Assembly (NCBI GenBank): GCA_045046875.1 | Contig: JASFYY010000014.1 | Location: 1 to 13,470 of the forward strand | Source of the DNA: Verrucomicrobiota bacterium | GTDB taxonomy: Bacteria > Verrucomicrobiota > Verrucomicrobiia > Verrucomicrobiales > DEV007 | Length of the DNA stretch: 13,470 nucleotides | Direction: 5' to 3' | In this document: piece after piece, positions 9,373-13,470 of the stretch | Layout: each line of letters opens with the position of its first letter | Numbering within the stretch: position 1 is the first letter of the stretch | Made by a program: the position numbers and the translations under genes | Notes under the pieces: generated by a model | What the model was told of the DNA's origin: nothing | The model's database searches: none | Seen by the model: the letters and a program-made list of their open reading frames with translations, nothing else

Positions 9373-9403
9373 GCCTTCGCCAAGGCTATGGCTGGCAAGC
9401 CAG
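9350..9403 (+). repeat. Direct repeat copy 1: tRNA-Val 3' end (from the T loop) plus palindromic trailer
   Basis: ttcaaatccctcttcgcgtaccagccttcgccaaggctatggctggcaagccag (54 bp) is repeated at 9535-9589. Confidence 0.95.
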
Positions 9404-9475
9404 CTGTAATTGGGCATTGCTCCCGTCGAACGCAGGTCGGGACTGCCGATCTGATGAGCCCTAGCGAAACAGATG
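9401..9475 (+). ncRNA. Putative type III hammerhead ribozyme, predicted to cleave after GUA (A9408)
   Basis: Core CUGAUGA (9451-9457) and GAAA (9466-9469). Stem II is GC/GC with a CCUA loop. Stem III is CUGU (9404-9407) paired with ACAG (9469-9472), plus two outer pairs. Stem I is AUUGG (9409-9413) paired with CCGAU (9446-9450), extended by CA/UG and UCCCG/CGGGA. Confidence 0.8.
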
Positions 9476-9504
9476 ATCTTATTTTGCGAAGCCTGTTTTG
9501 CAGA

Positions 9505-9532
9505 GCATCATTATCCTGCAAGGAAATGATGC
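9505..9532. other. Strong hairpin ending 2 bp before the second direct-repeat copy
   Basis: gcatcatt-a-tcct-gca-agga-aatgatgc forms a 12-bp stem with a 1-nt bulge. Confidence 0.7.
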
Positions 9533-9534
9533 AA

Positions 9535-9589
9535 TTCAAATCCCTCTTCGCTTACCAGCCTTCGCCGAAGGCTATGGCTGGCAAGCCAG
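9535..9589 (+). repeat. Direct repeat copy 2: duplicated tRNA-Val 3' fragment (att-like) plus trailer
   Basis: ttcaaatccctcttcgcttaccagccttcgccgaaggctatggctggcaagccag (55 bp) differs from copy 1 by one substitution (G>T) and one inserted G. Confidence 0.95.
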
Positions 9590-9595
9590 TGGGTC

Positions 9596-9655
9596 GTAGG
9601 ATAGATTTTCAAATCTGTCCTCCTCCAATAAAACAGATATGGAAATCTGTTCTAC
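9596..9655. repeat. GTAG-type REP doublet in inverted orientation (REPIN-like)
   Basis: GTAGgatagattttcaaatctgtcc (9596-9620) and the reverse complement of 9632-9655 (GTAGaacagatttccatatctgtt) are each GTAG followed by an imperfect palindrome, and they face each other. Confidence 0.75.
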
Positions 9656-9663
9656 CTCACCTA

Positions 9664-11241
9664 TCAATCCTTGATAATCACCCTCCCGGGTTTTGCAGTC
9701 GACACCGGAGGTGATTGCGCTACCGGTACAAGCCCTTCTAACAACTCCTCCTTCGTGATCTTGCCGGGATAGGTATCTACGTATAACTCCACAGCTGCCG
9801 CAATGGATGCCATACGTGCCTCCTTGGTCAATGGGCGACTTTCTCCCTTTGCTCTCGGCCCCAAAGGAACGATCCAATCTGGCACCCCCCAGAGGGGATA
9901 GTCCATCTCGGTCAAATCTGTCGTAGGATCGATCATCACCCTATATGGCCGATCATTCAGAGACACCACGGATATCACCGTGATCTTGGTATCAGGCATG
10001 CCGTTTCTTGCTAACACCTGATCCAGTTCATGGGCATATTGAAGAATCATCCATGGATGTTTTGACATCGCCGATACATGCTCAGGTGCAAGTGTCGGCC
10101 GCAAGTCCGGATGTTCATTGAGCCAGGCTTCCGCTTCAGGGTGGCTGAATTTGAATTTGATGTAAGCCTCCTTACTGCGAAGCATCATCCGCCAAGAGAA
10201 CTTATGACTCACCTCTGTCCAAGCTGGATTATGACCAAAAAAATAAGCTCGTAACGGAAATGCCATTTGGATGGAAAAAAATACCAGCAGCAACCACAGG
10301 GCCATATTATTTGAACGTCTTCCTCCCAGTGCATTCAATTCAGGCGAACGTACCCTGCTGACTCCAGCAATAAATTTCTGAAATCCACCCCAAATCCACC
10401 GACCGGTTGCTGGGTGTAAAAAAATCAAAGTAGAAACAATGCCAATATAAGGGAAAAACCCAATCTTGAAAATACGACTATTCATCAAATGGAACACCAC
10501 TAGGACTGCGATCGCATAAGGCCGTGTTCGCCTCCACAGCAAAAGAAAAGGAGCTCCAAGATCAATCACTATTCCACCATAAGCCGCAAGCCAGGCAAAC
10601 CACTCTTGTCGTATCACCCACGTCAGCGGCGGACGGACGCCGGTGGAGGTCTTGAACCAATATTTCACTGGGTCAGCGTTGAGCCAGTCGACGTTCATTT
10701 TGGCAATCGCTCCATAAAAGTAGAGGATACACAACAAGGCGCGAATTTGGATATAATTCCAAAAAGGCACGACCTGTGGCAACGCATAGCCCTCATCATC
10801 ACGCGAAAAATAGGAACGCAAACTATACGTTTTGTCAGCTCCTGTAAATGCCAACAAAAAAGACATCATGCAAGTTAGGTAAAAATGATTATTGTAATAT
10901 ACCGTATCAATCAAGAATAAGTGCGTGTAAACCAAAGAAAAAACGATGCTTGAAAAGCGAAAGAATACGCCCAGACAAACCCCGATAGCCGCGAGCGACA
11001 GGACCGTTACTTCCACATACCCCATCCAATGCTCGGGAAAGCCATTTACCCAAGTGAAGATAGGATACTTGAAATGAAAAAAAGTCGCAGAATATACGCC
11101 GGTGACCTTGGGAAAACGGGTCACCGCTTCGGCCACCATCAAAGCCCCCCACAACAAGCGAAACAAACCAAGAGTGGCAGCGTCAACCGGTTGGTAAAAC
11201 CAATCAATCAGCCCCTTGTTTTTAGCCGGTTGAAGATTCAT
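9664..11241 (-). CDS. HTTM-domain protein, vitamin K-dependent gamma-carboxylase-like
   Basis: Multi-pass membrane protein with GGCX-like motifs PVDAATLGLFRLLWG, YYNNHFYL, YFYGAIAKMNVDWL, FHLMNSRIFKIGFFP and FSWRMMLRSK, plus the lumenal-domain-like SLNDRPYRVMIDPTTDL. Confidence 0.9.
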   Translation of the reverse strand: MNLQPAKNKGLIDWFYQPVDAATLGLFRLLWGALMVAEAVTRFPKVTGVYSATFFHFKYPIFTWVNGFPEHWMGYVEVTVLSLAAIGVCLGVFFRFSSIVFSLVYTHLFLIDTVYYNNHFYLTCMMSFLLAFTGADKTYSLRSYFSRDDEGYALPQVVPFWNYIQIRALLCILYFYGAIAKMNVDWLNADPVKYWFKTSTGVRPPLTWVIRQEWFAWLAAYGGIVIDLGAPFLLLWRRTRPYAIAVLVVFHLMNSRIFKIGFFPYIGIVSTLIFLHPATGRWIWGGFQKFIAGVSRVRSPELNALGGRRSNNMALWLLLVFFSIQMAFPLRAYFFGHNPAWTEVSHKFSWRMMLRSKEAYIKFKFSHPEAEAWLNEHPDLRPTLAPEHVSAMSKHPWMILQYAHELDQVLARNGMPDTKITVISVVSLNDRPYRVMIDPTTDLTEMDYPLWGVPDWIVPLGPRAKGESRPLTKEARMASIAAAVELYVDTYPGKITKEELLEGLVPVAQSPPVSTAKPGRVIIKD

Positions 11242-11318
11242 TCAAGCAAAATATAGGCGACTCCCCCTATCCCGCAAGCACGAGACTAAAAAACCGTTTA
11301 TGGCATCCACAGATCCGC

Positions 11319-13469
11319 CTAGGGAACATCGCCCGGGTTCGGGAAGTTAATAATGGCACCATTCAGCAAAATAAAGCCATTCGCATCAGACGTCCCATTG
11401 TCGCGCAACGAGAAACCTCCTGCCCCAGTGCTGATATTATCAAGCGTACTGGAAAATGTCACATCATCCCCATCAAGATCCACGCTGATAGCTATGGAAT
11501 CCCCCCCGTTACTCAAAAATTGGTTGCCTGACATGTCAAAACTACCGCTAGCCGTGTCAATGTCATCAGAATCAATTCGTAAGTTCAACCCGTCGCCAGT
11601 ATTGCCTGACACTATGTTATTAGAGAAAATCCCGTTAACCACCAGATCATCATCAATGCCATCAAAACTCAAGTGCACGTCAGCTCCTCGACCCAGGTTA
11701 TTCAGGAAAGTATTACCTGTAGCCTCAAAATCCACCGTCACTATGTCCCCATCGTCAGCTCGGAGGTCAAGCCTGAAACCATCACTTTGATTCGATTCGA
11801 ACCGATTCCCGACAAGTTTGATGCCAAATTCGGCCGTATCCTCTCCATCTGCATCGATATTGATATCAAGCCCTCGACTGCCGTTATTAAGGAAAGCATT
11901 GCTGATAAAAGTAGCGCTGAACATGGCGTCGTCCATATCTGCAACAAGCCTGAAGCCATTTGATGTATTTCCCGAAAAATTGTTTCCTTGAGCCACAATG
12001 TTCTGCACCGCGTTGTTGTCTGAATCAACCTGTAAATCAAACCCCTCAATATTACCCGTAAATTGATTTCCAGATATCATCACGTTGATCACTGGATTAT
12101 TTGGATCCCCAACATCGCCAGATGAATTTATATCTAACTGACCTCCATTGTTTGCATTCCCCGAACTGACGTTATTCCGAATGCCCAGATCAATTACACT
12201 ACCAACATCAGAATCCACCTGCACGCTAAATCCATTCGCCCCATTTCCCATAAATGTATTGCCCGAGATCGTACCAGCAACGTAGCCGGGATCCGTTAAG
12301 TTCGCATCAATGGCAATCTCTAAGCCATCACTCGCATTGTTGCTCAACACATTATTAGTCACACTAAAGGCTGCATTGTTGAGACTATCAAAAAACAGCC
12401 TAACCCCTTCAGCACCAGTCCCTGCAATGGTATTCGCATCAAGTGTGACATTAGCCACATCAGCTGTGGAAACCCCAATCCCTCCTGCAAAGCCATTGAC
12501 AATCGAAAAGCCGCTAAGCGAAAACTGCGGAATATTTGCCACCTGGAATCCCCCATTCAACACCGGTTGTGAGCCATTAGTGAATCGACGCCCACCATTC
12601 GCAGGAAGACCTCTGCCTCCACCCCAAATTTTAACACTCGATCCCGCATCCACCACATTCTCGGTGTAAGTCGTTCCCCTACCCGTCACAAACACATCCC
12701 CACGATTGCCAAACAGGGTGCTCGCCCGATTCACCCCGCCTTGAATCCCACTAAGCGGATTCTCAAAGGTTCCCGGTCCCCCCAGCGTGCCGCGTAAGTT
12801 GTCCACAAAGACAATCGAATCATCAATCACCACGACGCGGGTCTTGGTTTTTGTTTCCGTACTCACTTTACGTTTGTTCGGATCCTCGATAAAACCCGAC
12901 TGACTAGTACGCGCCCCGCTTGACAACCGCAGCGTCTGCTCGGTCATACGATCTCTTACCGTACTGCCTTTTCTGGAAGCCGACGCAAAAGATGGCGTGG
13001 GTGCCATCGCCGCAAAAGGACTAAGTGCATAGCTGCTCGGATAAGTCGAAGCCGATCCTCCCCGCAGAATCGCGCTTTCGCGATTGCGATTACTCATATT
13101 CACCCCGTCAAACATACCTGAGAACGATCCTTGGAAAGGACTGCGTCCGTCGGCCAGATTTTCCATGAAAATCGGAATCGTCATACGAATACCAAACAAC
13201 CAGTTGCTACCGGTGATCTCCTCGTCTGCATAATAGGTGGCATCAATCGCCAATTTTTGCGAAAAGCGTATTTCCGCTCTGCCCTTCAAGCCGCCGATAT
13301 CACTGCCGTAACTGTTGTTAAAATTGTAATAACCCGCGAACCAACGCAAGGCGACATAGCGCTCCAACCATGGGGTGAGCACTCCGATTTCAGCATCAAA
13401 GCCCTGCATCGTATCCTCGAAACGCTCGAACAACTGGTTCACCGTGGTGGTGCGGGTGGTGGTGGTATA
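11319..13469 (-). CDS. Large surface protein: end of an inverse-autotransporter-like beta-barrel followed by a right-handed parallel beta-helix passenger; 5'-truncated by the window edge
   Basis: The frame stays open to the window end (YTTTTRTTTVNQLFE...). Amphipathic barrel-like strands are present (GFDAEIG, WFAGYYNF, GLKGRAEIRF, NWLFGIRMTIP). These are followed by FVDN...GPGTFENPL, a beta-helix cap-like motif, and many N/G/D-rich repeats of the form ISGNxFxxNxxxGFxI. Confidence 0.75.
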   Translation of the reverse strand, partial: YTTTTRTTTVNQLFERFEDTMQGFDAEIGVLTPWLERYVALRWFAGYYNFNNSYGSDIGGLKGRAEIRFSQKLAIDATYYADEEITGSNWLFGIRMTIPIFMENLADGRSPFQGSFSGMFDGVNMSNRNRESAILRGGSASTYPSSYALSPFAAMAPTPSFASASRKGSTVRDRMTEQTLRLSSGARTSQSGFIEDPNKRKVSTETKTKTRVVVIDDSIVFVDNLRGTLGGPGTFENPLSGIQGGVNRASTLFGNRGDVFVTGRGTTYTENVVDAGSSVKIWGGGRGLPANGGRRFTNGSQPVLNGGFQVANIPQFSLSGFSIVNGFAGGIGVSTADVANVTLDANTIAGTGAEGVRLFFDSLNNAAFSVTNNVLSNNASDGLEIAIDANLTDPGYVAGTISGNTFMGNGANGFSVQVDSDVGSVIDLGIRNNVSSGNANNGGQLDINSSGDVGDPNNPVINVMISGNQFTGNIEGFDLQVDSDNNAVQNIVAQGNNFSGNTSNGFRLVADMDDAMFSATFISNAFLNNGSRGLDINIDADGEDTAEFGIKLVGNRFESNQSDGFRLDLRADDGDIVTVDFEATGNTFLNNLGRGADVHLSFDGIDDDLVVNGIFSNNIVSGNTGDGLNLRIDSDDIDTASGSFDMSGNQFLSNGGDSIAISVDLDGDDVTFSSTLDNISTGAGGFSLRDNGTSDANGFILLNGAIINFPNPGDVP

Positions 13470-13470
13470 T

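Noticed and set aside
9535..9557. Second tRNA gene
   Set aside because: Only the T loop to CCA portion is present; there is no D arm, anticodon arm or 5' acceptor strand.
9350..9589. CRISPR array
   Set aside because: There are only two copies, the repeat (54 bp) and spacer (131 bp) are too long, the repeat derives from a tRNA, and no cas genes are present.
9587..9600. Second hammerhead or second cleavage site after repeat copy 2
   Set aside because: The sequence after CAG diverges (TGGGTC), there is no second CUGANGA core, and pairing to the GAAAC arm would be only 2 bp.
9151..9877. Short ORFs over the tRNA/repeat region (9151-9417, 9351-9539, 9388-9714, 9572-9877)
   Set aside because: They overlap the tRNA, repeats or the HTTM gene and show no recognisable protein motifs.
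11252..11275. Terminator between the surface-protein gene and the HTTM gene (ATAGG/CCTAT hairpin)
   Set aside because: The stem is only about 5 bp with a short U tract, too weak to call.

Overview
Bacterial chromosomal window; the gene and repeat styles suggest a PVC-group (Verrucomicrobia-like) organism, but that is inference only. Left, on the + strand: a tightly packed redox-type cluster of pirin (5'-truncated), a DoxX-like membrane protein, a rhodanese-like/YceI fusion, an NADPH-dependent FMN reductase and a 2xCDGSH + glutamate-synthase FMN-domain protein. Middle, on the - strand: sbcD-sbcC. Then tRNA-Val(TAC) on the + strand. Right, on the - strand: a vitamin K-dependent carboxylase-like (HTTM) gene downstream of a large, 5'-truncated inverse-autotransporter-like/beta-helix protein gene. 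The most unusual part is the ~290-bp non-coding stretch after the tRNA. The tRNA 3' end plus a palindromic trailer is directly repeated (9350-9403 and 9535-9589). Between the copies lies a sequence that folds by hand into a type III hammerhead ribozyme with a complete catalytic core (9401-9475), followed by two further hairpins. A GTAG-type REP doublet comes after the second copy. All structures were derived by eye; no folding or database search was run.
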